DNA of 64,000 nucleotides from the human T2T-CHM13v2.0 reference genome, Homo sapiens, in assembly GCF_009914755.1 (NCBI RefSeq), contig NC_060927.1. One strand, given 5' to 3'. This document shows, piece after piece, positions 1 to 14,040 of this stretch; position 1 is the first letter of the stretch; each line of letters starts with the position of its first letter. Made by a program: the position numbers and the translations under genes. Under the pieces are notes generated by a model, which saw nothing but the letters and a program-made list of their open reading frames with translations, was not told the origin of the DNA and made no database searches.

Positions 1-2919
1 ATGAAAACAAACTAGGGTCAATATGGTTAAAGAGAAGCCAAAATTGAATGGAAGTTGATTTGGAATTTCTCATTTTGGAGGAAAGTATATGGTGTATTAA
101 ATATTTATTGTTTTATTAATTTAATATTTTCTTCCAAATGAAAATCTCAATATTTCATAGACTAATGTGCAGAAATGGTTATAGAACAAGTTTAAAACTC
201 TATTTGATATTTTACTGAGATTAGGTACTATTCGTTTTGCAACTAAGTAAGATTAAATCATTTTTATTACTTTTTTAAGTAGAAGTCCAACTAAGCCACA
301 AATATGCAACAACAAACATCTTAACTGCTTTTTCTTTAAATGAGATTGTGAAAACATTTCCCAATATACTTAAGGTTTTTTGGTTCCATTTTTGAAAGAG
401 GGTTGTTTTTCTGACTAAAAAGGCTTTCAAAGATAATTATAAGCACTTATGCTCCCTTTTTCTTATTAGAGATCTTAGACGGGAGATTTAGGAGAAATTA
501 TCAGTAACAGCACTTGAAGTATCCTGAATTGAAACTCAGTTAGCTGAGAATTTTGACTAATTTATTCCCTGGTCCCACTTGCATGATGGATGGTTTTTTA
601 CAATATGTTGATATTTTTAAGGCAATGCCAGATAGTGGAATAATTATTATCAGATGAAAACCCACAATTGTGTTGTGATAAGATATTTGTCATGAAAATC
701 ATACAAATGCATGTTGAATATAAAATTGTCTTAAATGAGTTGAGTGATCATTTTATAAGAAAGATAGATTCATTTAATTGAGCCCTGCTTGGGGAAAGTC
801 AATACAGAGATTGCCAATATAAGCAATTACATGTTAAATGGAATTTGTACAGAACATCGGAGCGTAGATTTTGCCTTTCAATGTTTTTGCATAATTGCAA
901 ATGATTACCTTCCAAAGAGACAACTTGAGCTGCAAGTCATGGAAAACGTCAGTGCTTCTTATTGCTAACAGGCTCAAGTGAGAGCTTTAAGTATTGGATG
1001 GTAACAATAGAATCAAAGGATAAAGAGAACAGTGAGAGACAATGTTCAGGTTTCTTGCCTGACATGGAATTACATTTAATGATTGAATGAATATGCTTGT
1101 TAAAGAAAAAGCTTCTTACCTCAATAACTTATTGCAATTTTTAAATTTCCTATCATGATATTCTTCTATGCCTTGAGTCACTTATATTACATCTTCTTCT
1201 ACCTCTGTGCTTCATGAAAAAAGGGAGATAATTTAGTTCCTATGTTAGATGGCTACCAGAAAGTCAATGCATCTTGTAAAATCTAGAATAAATAAATTCC
1301 ATATTTTTTAATTCATTGAGGGGCACAGATTAATATTCAAGAATTGTTTACATGGCTTCTTGTTTCATTCATTTAGTAAGTGTTGAGTATTTTGTAGTTG
1401 CTATGTACTAATTCCCATACTAGGTGCTAAGATGGAATTTATCCAAAAATGTTTGAAAAGCAAAATCTACAGTAAAATGTATTGAACTCTAAAAGTATGA
1501 ATACAGCACACTCTCCATTTCCAGGGTGCCTTACAGAGCAAGAGAGGAGAACAACCCCCCCCCCCACAAAAAAAATCGATACTTTTTATCTTGTATAACA
1601 AGTCCTCTGATAGAAATGTTAACCACTCTACATCTACAGTACTAATTATACTTCTAATTTGTACTTGCAGATAAGAAGATAGAGTCTGAGTTTAAAAAAA
1701 AGGGAATATTCACTCTCTCCTGTAGTACTGAACATTTTACTCAAATGATTAAAGGAGGCTTTTTCTTTAAAAATTTCAAAATATCATTGTATTTCATTCC
1801 AATATGCAAATGCAGATTAAAACCTTTTCCAAGAGTATATTGTTCTTAAATTTCTGGAAAAGTTTTTGAGGGTCATGAGAGCTCAAGGGAACAACTAAAA
1901 TGTAGAATCCTTTAAATAACAACAGATGTCTAAGTATTTTATCTCCTTTTACCACATGAACTATTTGCTGACTTCTGTCTGTGTATCTTCAACTAGTATT
2001 TGTAAAGCATGTAGCTGATTAGGTCAAAGGAACTTGAAGTTTTATTATTTATGCTGAACATAAATTGCAACATAAGTCTGGATAGGATGTGATTTACAAC
2101 ATTACCATAGTAACTACAGTTGATATTTTTATATTTAGGTTTGTTGTTGTATTGCCTATAATAGATTTAAAATCCCAATATGTTTTAATAGAAAACAGAA
2201 GTAAAGTATCTACATATCAAATCACAAGAGTTAATTGCCTGGTCTGAAGTCTATGGAATAGGGCTAGAAATGATTAGAAATATTTATGTGATCTTCCTTA
2301 TAACTAGAGAGAAAATAGGCAGAAATAGGGATTCTAAATCAATAATTCTGAAAATGATACAAATAGACAGTTGTTCCCAAAGAAATATGTAGGTGACGTG
2401 AAATCTGGATGAGCATCATTCTGCTAAGTTTGGCCCTTTTCTAGTTGTCATAACCGCTGATGCAATTGGCATCCACACATCAAAGCATTCTCATATCTGT
2501 TCACCTCCAGTCTAAATGAAGCTCCAGTTTATTCTCATTGGCCTATGCAGCAGAAAAGGAGTGGATATGTGGCAATATTCCGATGTATTATGTCAGCATA
2601 AGCAGGTAATTTGGATGTAATCCCGAAAACTCACCCCTTAACTAAGAAGTTGTGGAGTAGATTTGTGTCTATTTGTTCAAATATGTTACTCACTGTCCAA
2701 TCAGCCTCTTAATTTGGAGCATAAAGCCTATGATCTGTGGAGAATTAGAAATTGTTTGATTGTAGATACTGTACAGCAACAGCTCTATACTCTAGTTCTA
2801 AATACTATACTAAGGAAATTAGAGGTCCCGGAAAAACAAGTACAAGGCTATTCCTGGATTGTTATTTACTCCAATACATTATTGCAACTACCTAAGATTC
2901 TGGTACTAGAAAACTGGTA

Positions 2920-3240
2920 GGAAAAATTGTGATATATTCATATGATGGAATACTTATGCAAACATCACACTATGTATTTTTAAAATAGTTCATTACTTGG
3001 GAATATGTTCATTACATAATATTAAATGAAAGTGGAAAACACAATCTGATTTAAATTTGTAAAAATAAAACTGAATATGGAAATATGAGTATACATTTAA
3101 ATTCAACACTTTTCTGAACAAACAATATATACCAGATTGTTATCTTTAGTTGATGTCATGACAGCTGATTTGTATTTTATTTTTGTAAATTGTGAGTGCT
3201 AGGTACTCTTTCTAAAGTGATCACATAATGTTTTAAACAA
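2920..3240 (+). mobile_element. Old L1 (L1ME/L1MC-type) 3' fragment
   Basis: aaattgtgatatattcatatgatggaatact... resembles the L1M 3' region; highly diverged. Confidence 0.5.
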
Positions 3241-4014
3241 ATTAATTATTAACAAAGTGGAGGTATATAGGGATGTTCGAGTAATTTATTCTACAGAAAC
3301 ATTCAAAAGTCCTGTATAATACCAAATAAGAAAGCATATCTGATATACATTGTCTAATGCTATAGAGACCACACAAGAGTAAACCATAATTATCCCAGGC
3401 AACATTTCTTTCCCTAGAAATTCAACAGCTGCTGGTTTTCCAGAGTCATATAAAAATGTATTCTTCGGTGATAAACAACAAATTAAAATTTAAATCACAT
3501 CAGAAAAGCCAAAGTCAATTTGGCTGAACCCTTCCCTCATTAATTTGGTCACAGTTTGGGGGAAATAGCTCCTAAGAACATTTGAGAAGAAACTCCCAAA
3601 TGCCCAACTCCTAAAGTGTTAAATCAGGATTGCAGTTGAATTAGAGGCACCATCCTTGATCTGCATTTCCTGACAAGTTTTATGGTGTGCTTAGATCATA
3701 AAATATTTAAATCTCCCCAGTGCCTGATAGGTTGCTAAGAGCAAAATAGTTGCTTTAAAGAAATATACACTGATGCATAGTGATTGCAATTTTCACTAAA
3801 TGAAATCTATCTCAGCAGGTTGATTTTGTCACTACGTCTTATTCTCCTAGACTCTCTTATCTAATCAAAGTAAAGATCTGACCTTTCACACAGTACTAGA
3901 TCCAATTAATGCTTTGTAGTTGCTACATCTCTATGGAGACCCTCGATTTCTACTTGTTTGTACTGATTCACTATAAGAGCTATAACTTACATTTTATAAT
4001 TAAGAAATAAATAA

Positions 4015-4720
4015 CAGGATCCTTGGTATTTATCCAAATGAGTTGAAAATATGTCTACACAGAAATCTGCACCTGAATGTTTATAGCAGCTTTATTCATA
4101 ATTACCAAAACACAGAAGCAACTGAGATGTTATCCAATAGAGGAATGCATTTTTAAAAACTGTGGTACATCCACAAAATGAAATATTATTTAGCAATATG
4201 AAGAAATAAGCAATATGAAGAAAAAAGAAAAATAAGAATTTTTTTTCTTTTGCTAAGAAAGAGAAAACAATCTAAAAGGCCACATACTGTGTCATTCCTA
4301 CTATTCTGGGAAACACACAACTATAGAGGCAGTAAAAAGATGACTACTTCTCAGGGGTTAGGGGCAGGTAGGAATGAATAGGTATAGAGCTCAGGATGTA
4401 TTTAGAATAGTGAAACTATTCTATATGCTGTTATAATGGTAAATACATGTCATTGTACATTTGTATAAAACCATAGAATATAGAATACCAAGAGTGAACC
4501 CTAATGTAAACTATGGGTTTTAGTTAATAAATATTTATTAATATTGGCCCTTTAATTGGAACATGCACCATACTAATGCCAGATGTTAATAATAGGAGAA
4601 ACTATGACAAATATGTGGGAGAATTATATGAAAAATCTTGTAATTTATGCTTGATTTTTCTGTAAACCTAAGACTACCCTAAAAAAGGACAATCTATGAA
4701 ATAAATAAATAAAAGGAAAG
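4015..4720 (+). mobile_element. L1MC/L1MB-type LINE-1 3' end
   Basis: ccttggtatttatccaaatgagttgaaaa...tgtttatagcagctttattcataat...gtgaaccctaatgtaaactatggg...ctgtaaacctaa followed by an A-rich tail. Confidence 0.85.
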
Positions 4721-5745
4721 GAAAGAAAAAGAATTGAGAAAAGACCCTTTTATGTCTATTGTGTTGTACAACAAGTAATTTAGGGCTGAAATAAACTATT
4801 GGTGTTTGTATATTTATCTTATTTTAATAATTTTTAACTCATATTCTGCTATTTTATTAAATAGTTATAGCATTTTTATATAACGACAATTGAATGTCTT
4901 TTTACACTTCAAATTTATTTTATCTTTCCCCTCTTTCATTCCATTCTTCCTCCTTCTCCCTCCTCCCTTCCTTTGTTCCTTCCTTCATTCTCTCTCTCTC
5001 TGTCTGCAATATTTTGTTTTGTTTTTCTATAATGATTTTGAAATGTCAATGACAGAAGTAATTTTCTTTGTCCAGTGCATTTTAGGAACATGAGGATGGG
5101 AAATATCTTGAGTTAAGGGATTGAGCTTTAGGTTCATCATGAGTATTACAATAATCTATATATTATTCCTAAATATTAGATGTATAAAGTACTGCATCAA
5201 AAACTGATAGTAAGGAGAATATCAGAAATATTATAAAGATTGATTTATACTGGTACATTAAAACACAAAGTACATTTTTATGTGGATGTTAAAGAAAATA
5301 TTTTTATAGGAAAAAGGTGAACAATTATGGACTAGAAAAGTTGATATATAAGAAGATAGAATGTACTATCATAGGTTTCATAGTGACATTTTGTTAAGTA
5401 ATATATAACTTAGTGATGAGTGCAAGAAAGGGAAACCAGTGGCTTGTAAGACCGAGGGTTGGATTTGAAAGTTCACACGTCGTCAAAAATACCTGATATA
5501 TTAAATCCATCTGTGCTCTGAAAAATCAAACAAATAATAAAAGAGGGGAAAAGGAAGAATCTGACATCAAATTCAACATTTTAGGGAGTTCTGCAAATGG
5601 GTCTACATGAGAAACACGCTTCTGGAGAAAAAGAAAAAATTTTGAGAAGAAACCAAACAAACAAAAACCTTTAAATGGCTACCTTCTAAGGTGAAGAAAT
5701 TCCAGATCCTATCTCAGGGAGAAATGGGTCAAAAAAAGGGGGAAA

Positions 5746-5747
<2 letters not shown>

Positions 5748-5779
<32 letters not shown>
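5748..5779. repeat. (GA)n microsatellite
   Basis: direct reading. Confidence 0.95.
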
Positions 5780-5900
5780 GGCCTCTAATGTGGTGCTGTT
5801 AAGAAAGTCCACTGTTGTTTATGTTCACTCACACTATTATTTTAGGGAAGCATCCTTCCATTCCTAATTGGATAAAAGATGTCTTTCAATAGAAATATCT

Positions 5901-6290
5901 TGTCTTCATCTGTTTTGTGTTGCTATAACAGAATACTGCAGACTGGGTAATTTATAAAGAAAATAAATCTATTTCTAATAGCTATGAATGTTTTGAAGTT
6001 TAATTTCAAGGTGCTGGCATCTGGCGAGGGTCTTCTTGCCAAGTCATCCCATGGCAGAAGGAGGAAGGGCAATTGCCCACAAGACAGCAAGAGAGAGTCA
6101 AACTTGTATTTATAACACGCCCACTCTCTCCATAACTAACTCTCTCCAACAATGATGACATTAATCCCTTCATGAAGGCGGAGGCCTTATGATCTAACCA
6201 CCACTTATTAGAGCCCTACCTCCCAAAACTGTTGCACTGGGGATTAAGTTTCCAACACATGAACTTTGAGATACACAATTCAAACCTTAG
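5901..6290 (-). mobile_element. MaLR solo LTR (MST/MLT1A type)
   Basis: tgtctt...gttgctataacagaatac...gggtaatttataaag...aagtttccaacacatgaactttg...caaacc is the reverse orientation of the MST LTR consensus. Confidence 0.85.
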
Positions 6291-7602
6291 ATATTTCCGT
6301 AATCACCAATCAAAGTCATAATAAAATGTTCCTTCATTATAAATCAAGATAATCTTTTTAAAAAATTTAATCTATGAGCATAATAAATTGTTATTAATAC
6401 AATTTTGCTGAAGTTGAATCATCTTTGCACATCTGGAATTAATTAATTCCTGGTACATTTTTTAAAACATGCTGCCTATTTAAATTTTGTTTACTTTCTT
6501 TATATCTCTTATAAGTGAGGTATATCAGTGGCTTTCCTTTTTCTGCTACCTTATCAAATTTGAGATGTGGCTATGCTAATCTTATTAGATGAAAACAAGA
6601 GCTTACTCTCTTTTCTATGCCATTGATCAATTTAAATAACACGAGAATAACTCATTCCTCATAGATTTGATATATCTTGCCTGTCAAAACATTAAGTGAC
6701 AAAATTCTCCACTCCTTGTGGTTAAGGAAGATATTTTCACATACTTACCATGATCATCCCTTCAAAAATCTCTTCTAGAATATTTTCGGAGAATTAAGAT
6801 CCTGCTTACCAGCATCTTTCCTTCTTACACATCCTAACCACATCAGCCCTTTTAATGTCCATTATTTCCCAAAGTTGGATGACGGAAGGATCAAATTATT
6901 TTTGTCTCATAAATCATTTCCTAAGAACCGATAGTATAAAACTAATTTAAACTTGTACATTGAAGACTGGCAAGAAGGGTGACTGGTTATCTCATCAAAA
7001 TACCAGTTACATTTTTAACAAAAGAATTCAATGCCTTCACTTCAAGAAATAAATGACTATAAAGTGATATTTGAGAATTTATAACATGTTTTAGGTGAAA
7101 CGTAAAGGTAGAGAAAAAATGTTTGGTCGGGAGATGGCTAATCAGACATAGGTAGAGGGAAAGGCAGCCTTGCTTTCTAATATATTAAGAGTATTTCAGA
7201 AACAGGATTATTGAAGATTTCTTTATTTTATTTTTAAAACATACCACCAATATTTTTCATTTTGCTCAGCTAGCCTAATGCTGACTGTTTCTCCAGGATC
7301 TCTTCTGTTAGGTGAAAAATGGAATACATATGGGGTGAGGTTGGCGGGAAGGAATAATAGAAACCAAAGCAGAATGAAATGCAACAAAACCACAGAAACT
7401 GTCAATAAAAAATTGCACCAGATAAGTTAAAGCAGACAAAGAAGACTTCATTCAGGACTATTACAATGGGAAACAGAGATGGAATGCAACTCAGTTGAAC
7501 CAAAAAGTGGGAAAGTGTTTAAGCACTGGAAGAGTTGTGTGTTTGCTAATTGATGCTTATTAAAGTTAGAGTCCTACTTTCCTACATACTAGGAGAAAGG
7601 GC

Positions 7603-9036
7603 TGAACAGAATAGGTAACCCAGAAATAAACCCAAATACTTAACAGCCAAGTGATTTTTGACAAAGGAAACAGAAACATAAACTGGGGGAAAGGACACCC
7701 TATTCAACAAACGGTGCTGGAATAATTTGCAAGCCATATGTAGGAGAATGAAACTGGATCCTCATCTCTGAACCTATATAAAAATCAACTCAAGATGGAT
7801 CAAGCACTTAAGTGTAGGACCTGAAATTATAAAAATGTTAGAAGATAACATCAGAAAAACCCTTCTAGACATCGCCTCAGGCAAGGATTTCATGACCAAT
7901 AACCCAAAAGCAAATGCAATAATAACAAAGATAAATAGCTGGGTCTTAATTAAACTAAAGAGATTTGCATGGCAAAAGGAACAGTCAGCAGAGTAAACAG
8001 ACAACCCACAGAGTGGGAGAAAATCTTCACAATCTGTACATCTGACAAAAGACTAGCATCCAGAATCTACAGCAAATTCAAACAAATTAGCAAGAAGAAA
8101 AAGAAACAATCCCATCAAAAACTGGGCTAAGGACATGAACAGACAACTCTCAAAAGAAGATAAACAAATGATGAAGAAACATATGAAAAACTGCTCAACA
8201 TCACTAATTGTCTGGGAATGCAAATCAAAACAACAATACGATACGACCTTACTCCTACAAGAAGGGCCATAATCAAAAAATCAAAAAATAATAGATGTTG
8301 ACGTGGATGTGGTGAACAGGAAACACTTCTACACCGCTGGTGGGAATGTAAACTAGTACAACCACTATGGAAACAGTGTGGAGATTGCTTAAAGAACTAC
8401 AAGTAGAACTACCATTTGATGCAGCAATCCCACTACTGGGTATCCACCCAGAGGAAAAGAGATAATTATATATATATATATTATATATATCACAGTTTCT
8501 TTATGCACACATTGATTGATGGGCATTTGTGTTGGTTCCAGAATTTTGTAATTGTGAATTGTGGTGCTATAAACATGCATGTGCAAGTATGTTTTTGACA
8601 CTTCACAATTGTGAATTGTGCTGCTATAAACGTGTGTGCAAGTATATATATATATATATATAATTGAATACTACTCAGCTATAAAAAGAAATGAATTAAT
8701 GGCATTCGCAGCAACCTAGATGAGATTGGAGACTATTATTCTAAGTGAAGTAACTCAGGAATGGAAAATCAAACATAGTATGTTCTCACCCATAAATGGG
8801 AGCTAAGCTATGAGAACGCAAAGGCATAAGATTACACAGTGGACTCTGGGGACTCAGGGGGAAGGGATGTGAAGAGGATGAGGGAAAAAAGACTATAAAT
8901 CGGGTTCGGTGTATACTGCTCGGGTGATAGGTGCACTAAAATCTCACAAATCACCAGTAAAGAACTTGCTCATGTAACCAAATACCACCTGTTCCTCAAA
9001 AAACCTATGAAAATAAAAAAAATCTAAAGCCTACGG

Positions 9037-9094
<58 letters not shown>
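7603..9094 (+). mobile_element. 5'-truncated L1PB-type LINE-1 (ORF2 3' end + 3'UTR) with an internal inversion
   Basis: L1 ORF2 3' sequence (aaaatcaactcaagatggatc, ggcaaggatttcatgacc, gcaatcccactactggg); L1PB-like 3'UTR (gggtgataggtgcactaaaatctcacaaatcacc); 9-bp TSD agaaagggc at 7594-7602 and 9095-9103. Confidence 0.92.
9039..9093. repeat. (CA)n microsatellite in the L1 tail
   Basis: direct reading. Confidence 0.97.
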
Positions 9095-9095
<1 letters not shown>

Positions 9096-12000
9096 GAAAG
9101 GGCCCAGGTCCTTGGGAAAAGCATTCCTGGGTTATAAACCTGGCAGGTGGCTGGGAGAAGATTTACATCTCAAACGACCAGATAAATAATTTACAATGTA
9201 AAATTATCTAAACTAAATGCTCTAAGAAAAGAGAGGTCAGGAGCTTCAAGTCAGGAAGAAGCTTGTCTCAAATTTAGCCAAGCTTAGGGGAATATTAAGG
9301 CCTTTTGATCAAAACCACTTTATACTTCTTGTGACCTCTTCATCAAGTGCTGCTGGCTTACTTTCATAGAACTAGGGTTTGGGAGACATTTACTTTTCTG
9401 AATTTTAGTTTTATTTATTTAATCATCCACTCATTCATTTTCAGAAGACACTTTCAAATTGGGCAATGCTTAACAGAGACTTACAAAGGTCTCTAATTTT
9501 CTCAAGCTCCTACTTCTGAATACATTCAAAACTTCAGATGTAAGTTTATTAAATGGCCTTAGCCTAAAATCCACTTGGGAAATGGAATTTGTTTCTTTCT
9601 TTTTAACTAAGAACTCTTTAATAAGTCTGATCCCACAAAGAATTCTCTAGCTTGTTTCTTACAAAAGAGTAGAAGGAACATATTACTTTATATAGTAAAA
9701 GAAAGCATTTTGGCCCCAAAGATAGCAACTTTATTAACAGCAAACAGGTGTAGGAAAAAATAAAATAAATGCCCTACTACTGATGGCGTTCTCTATATGT
9801 CTGTTGAGAAGAGGACAACTGGAAGAGTGTGAATGACGGGGCTTTAGTTACTGAAATTTGATTATGGGGCAAGGTTCTGGAAAAATCTTGACTTGTGCTA
9901 GTGTATAATAATAATAATAATAGAGCAAACAAAGATAGAAACTGTACTTCATTGAAGGGGCTGTGAAATAGAATTTTTAAAGTGTTCAAAGAAAGGCTAT
10001 TTGCAGAACTTTATTGATGTTGTCAAGTAAAAAGTTAGCAGAAAGAGAAGAAAATGAGAAGGAAAGCAACTTGTAAGCCACTCATGAAACCTGTTGTATT
10101 AGTTTCTGTTTCTCCTACACTTTCTGTGCTCCTGTCCCAAGCATTTTCTGTATTCTGAGCCCAATCCTCTCAATGAAAAGCAAAAAGAGATATAGATTCC
10201 AAAGACACTCATGCCAATAACAAGACTCTAATGTCATTGAACCTGAAGTTTTTCTCTTGACACTAGCATGAATATAGTTGACATTTCCTTAATAAAGAGC
10301 ACTGCTTTCTTCGTAAAAATGTGTAAGTGGAATGCCAATGTGGTACATTTTTTGACTAAAATGAACAACAGGAAATTGGGATTTGAGAATTTATAAGAAA
10401 AGGTGTGGTAAATGTCACATCCCCAGATCACCCTGCATACGTTCTAGTTTACATGTTCTCTTTTTGCTGATGTCTAATCATAATGGCATGACATAGGGTG
10501 GTTGAGGGGGAATCCTGTCATGGTGACTTTGACATCCCCTGAGCCAGCGGAGCATTTTGTGGTGGTTGAACTTTTATTAAATTAATTGCTCAATGCAATT
10601 CGCATGGGGTCACTTGGGGTACAGACAAGGTCTTTATTACATAATTCAAGGTAGTCCTTAATAAGAAATCTTATTTTTGTACTCTTTATAATTAAGATTC
10701 TAGATGCATAAGAGAAAATTTTTGTTGTAGGGAACACTAAGACAATGTACTAAGGCTCTTTCTGTTCTGTATTAATCTATTTTGAAACAACATATCTTTC
10801 CTAAGCATGATAATTTCACTACAACCTATGGTTATAAATACTCATAAGTATTAATAATTCCTATGGTTATAAATGCTCATAACTATTAATATTTCCATAG
10901 ATCAATCAAAATTCTTTTCCAAAGTCATCGTGATATTATTTAGCAGGATGAATTCTTTTCCCAAGGTTAATATTTAGACATGAAATTTTATTCCCTCATA
11001 TTTATCAATCAGTTCTAGTGAGGAAAGGGAAAAGGCAAGGCTGGGATTATACATTTTTAAAGATACTCTAAATATGGCCAATAAAGAGTTGGTTCTTCCT
11101 ATGGGTACACAGAACAACAATATGATAAGAAAAGTTGAAGAAACTTTTTCATCTTATATAGAGCATCCCAAGTGTTTCTGGAGAAAACAACACAGTCTGT
11201 CAAAGCATATGTTTGAAGCTTGGTTAAAAATGACATATACATTCTAATCCTGGGATGACAAATTGATGAAGAATTTTAGATGTCACTCAGTCTAAGTCTT
11301 ATATTAAAAAATAAAATACTTTTATTGGTAATTATTGCTAGGAATGATAATTGGCATATTTAAGATTAGAAGATTACAACTCAAACCTCCTGGCTGTGAT
11401 TGCAGCATATTTTCCATTACACCAGACTGCCTGTTGTGATTTACATTCAAAACAACTTTTCGAAGCAAATGATGGAAGCTTACAGATGACTGAAGAGATT
11501 AGTCCCTGTTTTATCAACTTCCCTTTCACTTCTCTAGCAAAATTGAGCTGGCATATAGGGGCTATTCAATAAATTTCCATTATTAAAATATTAGCATAAT
11601 TTATTATTCACAAATGAGCTTCTCCTGTGAGCACAGAGTTACTCCAGTCTCGAACTAATCATAATGGGGCAGGAGGCTTCAGTACTAACAAAAAGCATGG
11701 ATCAGAATTATACCCTATGAGCTCCTACTTTGGTTCTAACATCCTCTGAAATAATTCTCTCTGCTTTTTATTTTAATATTGTGTTTAAACTATTTTTAAA
11801 GCCTTTTATTTTCATGGATGCTTGTCTTACTAATACAGTGCATTAAACAGTTCCTTCCTTTCTCCTCAAATCCCTCAAATCAGGATTAACTTGTTGAATT
11901 AGAAATGCGTCACTTCCTCTGTGACTTGCAAAGTATCTGCCCCGATTACATTTGGTAAACAAAATGAATAAATCGGCATTTCAGTGGTGTTCTTGAATTT

Positions 12001-12444
12001 AATTCATCCTGGAACTAGCAAAATAAATAACTGTTTTGTAATATATTATATATAACATATACCCGCAGATGAAGAGTGTTTGGCATTAAGGTATAATACA
12101 ACAGAAACAGTCACAGGAAAGATTGATTTAAAGATGTTGAAGAGAGTTCAATTCTAACTAACAACTGAAATCACAATTTTAAAAATTCAACTTAATGTTC
12201 CTTTTAACAGAGAATTTAAAACTGCTTTAATTAGGAACAAAGCTCGGTTAACTAAAATGTTAAATGTGTCAAGTGCTGTAAGTTTCAAGTGAAAATAGCA
12301 CACAATTTGAATTTGCAGATATCACAGTAGGCTGCCTGTGTCTTTTCAGCTTCTTGAATGAAGGAACTCATCTTAACCCGAGAGGAACAAACCAGAAACC
12401 AGTTTGTTGTTCAAATACATTTTGGTATCAATTTATGATTGGAG

Positions 12445-12530
12445 ACAGTAGAGCATAGTGGTTAAGAAAATGTGGCCTCTGGAATTAGACTACCTGGGTA
12501 TGTCTCTGAAATCTGGAAGTTCAGGTCTTA
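12445..12530 (+). mobile_element. MIR 5' fragment
   Basis: acagtagagcatagtggttaagaaaatgtggcctctggaattagactacctgggt. Confidence 0.7.
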
Positions 12531-12559
12531 CTACAAGGTCAGAGATTACTCATCTATAG

Positions 12560-12782
12560 CAGGTGTTAACTGTAGATGGCTCATGGAACAAATCTTGCTC
12601 ACTGCCTGTTCTTGTAGATAAAGATTTATTGGTACACAGTGGACACCTGCTCATTTATGTACTATGTGTGGCTGCTTTTACTCTACAATAACAGAATTCA
12701 GTAGTTTCAACAGAGACATTGACCCACAAAGCCTAAAATATTAATTACTTGCCCCTTTACAGAAAGAGTTTGCCTAATTCTG
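12560..12782 (+). mobile_element. MER58A (hAT-Charlie MITE)
   Basis: gcctgttcttgtagataaagatttattggtacacag...cccacaaagcctaaaatatt...ccctttacagaaagagtttgcc. Confidence 0.85.
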
Positions 12783-12934
12783 GGTATAACAGTAATTAGA
12801 CATAGGTTTGCAAGCTGAGTAAATTCAATGGTTTTGCTGGGAAGGACTTCTGTAGATTTAATACTAAAAATGTGCAGAATTATGTTGAAAAAGGTTCATA
12901 AAAAGTAGATTATCCAAAATTCTACTTATTTATA

Positions 12935-13800
12935 TTAAAGCTTTATTGAAGCATAATTTATATACCATAACATTCACCATGGTAAGCACATGATTTAATA
13001 ATATACTGTGCCATCCAGTTTTAGAGTGTTTTCATTACACTGGAAAACTCCTTTGTACCTGTTTTTAGACAATCTAGTCTCAAACAACTACTCATCTCCT
13101 TTTGGTTTCTATAAATTTGACTCTTATAAACATTTCATGTAAGTGCAATCATATAACATATCAACTATTGCATCTGCCTTCTTTCATTTAGAATATTGTT
13201 TTTTAGGTCCATTCATGTTGAAACATTATCAGTATTTTGTTCTCTCCAATATTAAAATAGTATTTTGTTATATGGATATACCATATTTTATTTATTCACC
13301 AGTCATGGACATTTGTATTGTTTCTAGTTTGGAGCTTTTATGAATAATGCCACTACTGTGAACATTCAGTAACAAGTCTTTATGTGAACAATATATTTTT
13401 TCATTTATTTATTTTATACAGATTCTTAAAAATGTGTGATCTGCTAAATTTATGCGTATTTTTTTCAGAAATTGCCAAACTGTTTTCCAAAGTGACTGTA
13501 TCACGTTACATTCCCAGGAACAGCAAGGTATGATGGTTCCAGTTTTTCTGCTTCCCCATCAACACTTGTTATTTCCTCTTTCTGATTTTAATATTCTAGT
13601 GGATGTAAATGATATCTTGTTTTCATTTGCATTTTTAAACAACAAATGACGTTTCATATGTTTATTACCACTCACATTGTTTTTGGTGAAATGTCTACTC
13701 AAAATCTTTGCCAACTTTAAAATTTGATACTTTGTATTTTTAAGTTATAGAATGGTTAGAGTTCCATAAATGCTAGATTCAAATATTTTATCAGATATCT
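12935..13800 (-). mobile_element. Old L1M (L1MB/L1ME) fragment
   Basis: ctttattgaagcataattta...agaaattgccaaactgttttccaaagtgactgtatcacgttacattccc is antisense L1 3' region. Confidence 0.85.
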
Positions 13801-13879
13801 AGGTTTATTTTTAACAACTCATTTCTTCAGGTCAGACACAGCCCAGAGTAGCAATATCCTTCTGATTTCTGATAGATGG

Positions 13880-14040
13880 AACACTGTGTAGATGATGTGT
13901 AGACTTTGAAGTCAGACAGCCCTAGGTCCATATTTTATTCCTGCTGTTACCACCTTGTAGACTCTGACTGAGTTGAATCTCAAAGTTTAATTTCCTTCTC
14001 TTTAAAATGGAATTAATAACACAAACATCGTGTGAGAAAT
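13880..14040 (+). mobile_element. MIR
   Basis: agactttgaagtcagacagccctaggt...tttccttctctttaaaatggaattaataa. Confidence 0.65.

Larger units (their letters stand above)
7400..9311 (-). mobile_element. MER67-like ERV1 solo LTR split by an L1 insertion (pieces ~7400-7602 and ~9095-9311)
   Basis: the reverse complement begins tgatcaaaaggccttaatattcccc-taagcttggctaaatttgagacaagcttcttcctgac, like MER67; the two halves join across the L1 TSD. Confidence 0.7.
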
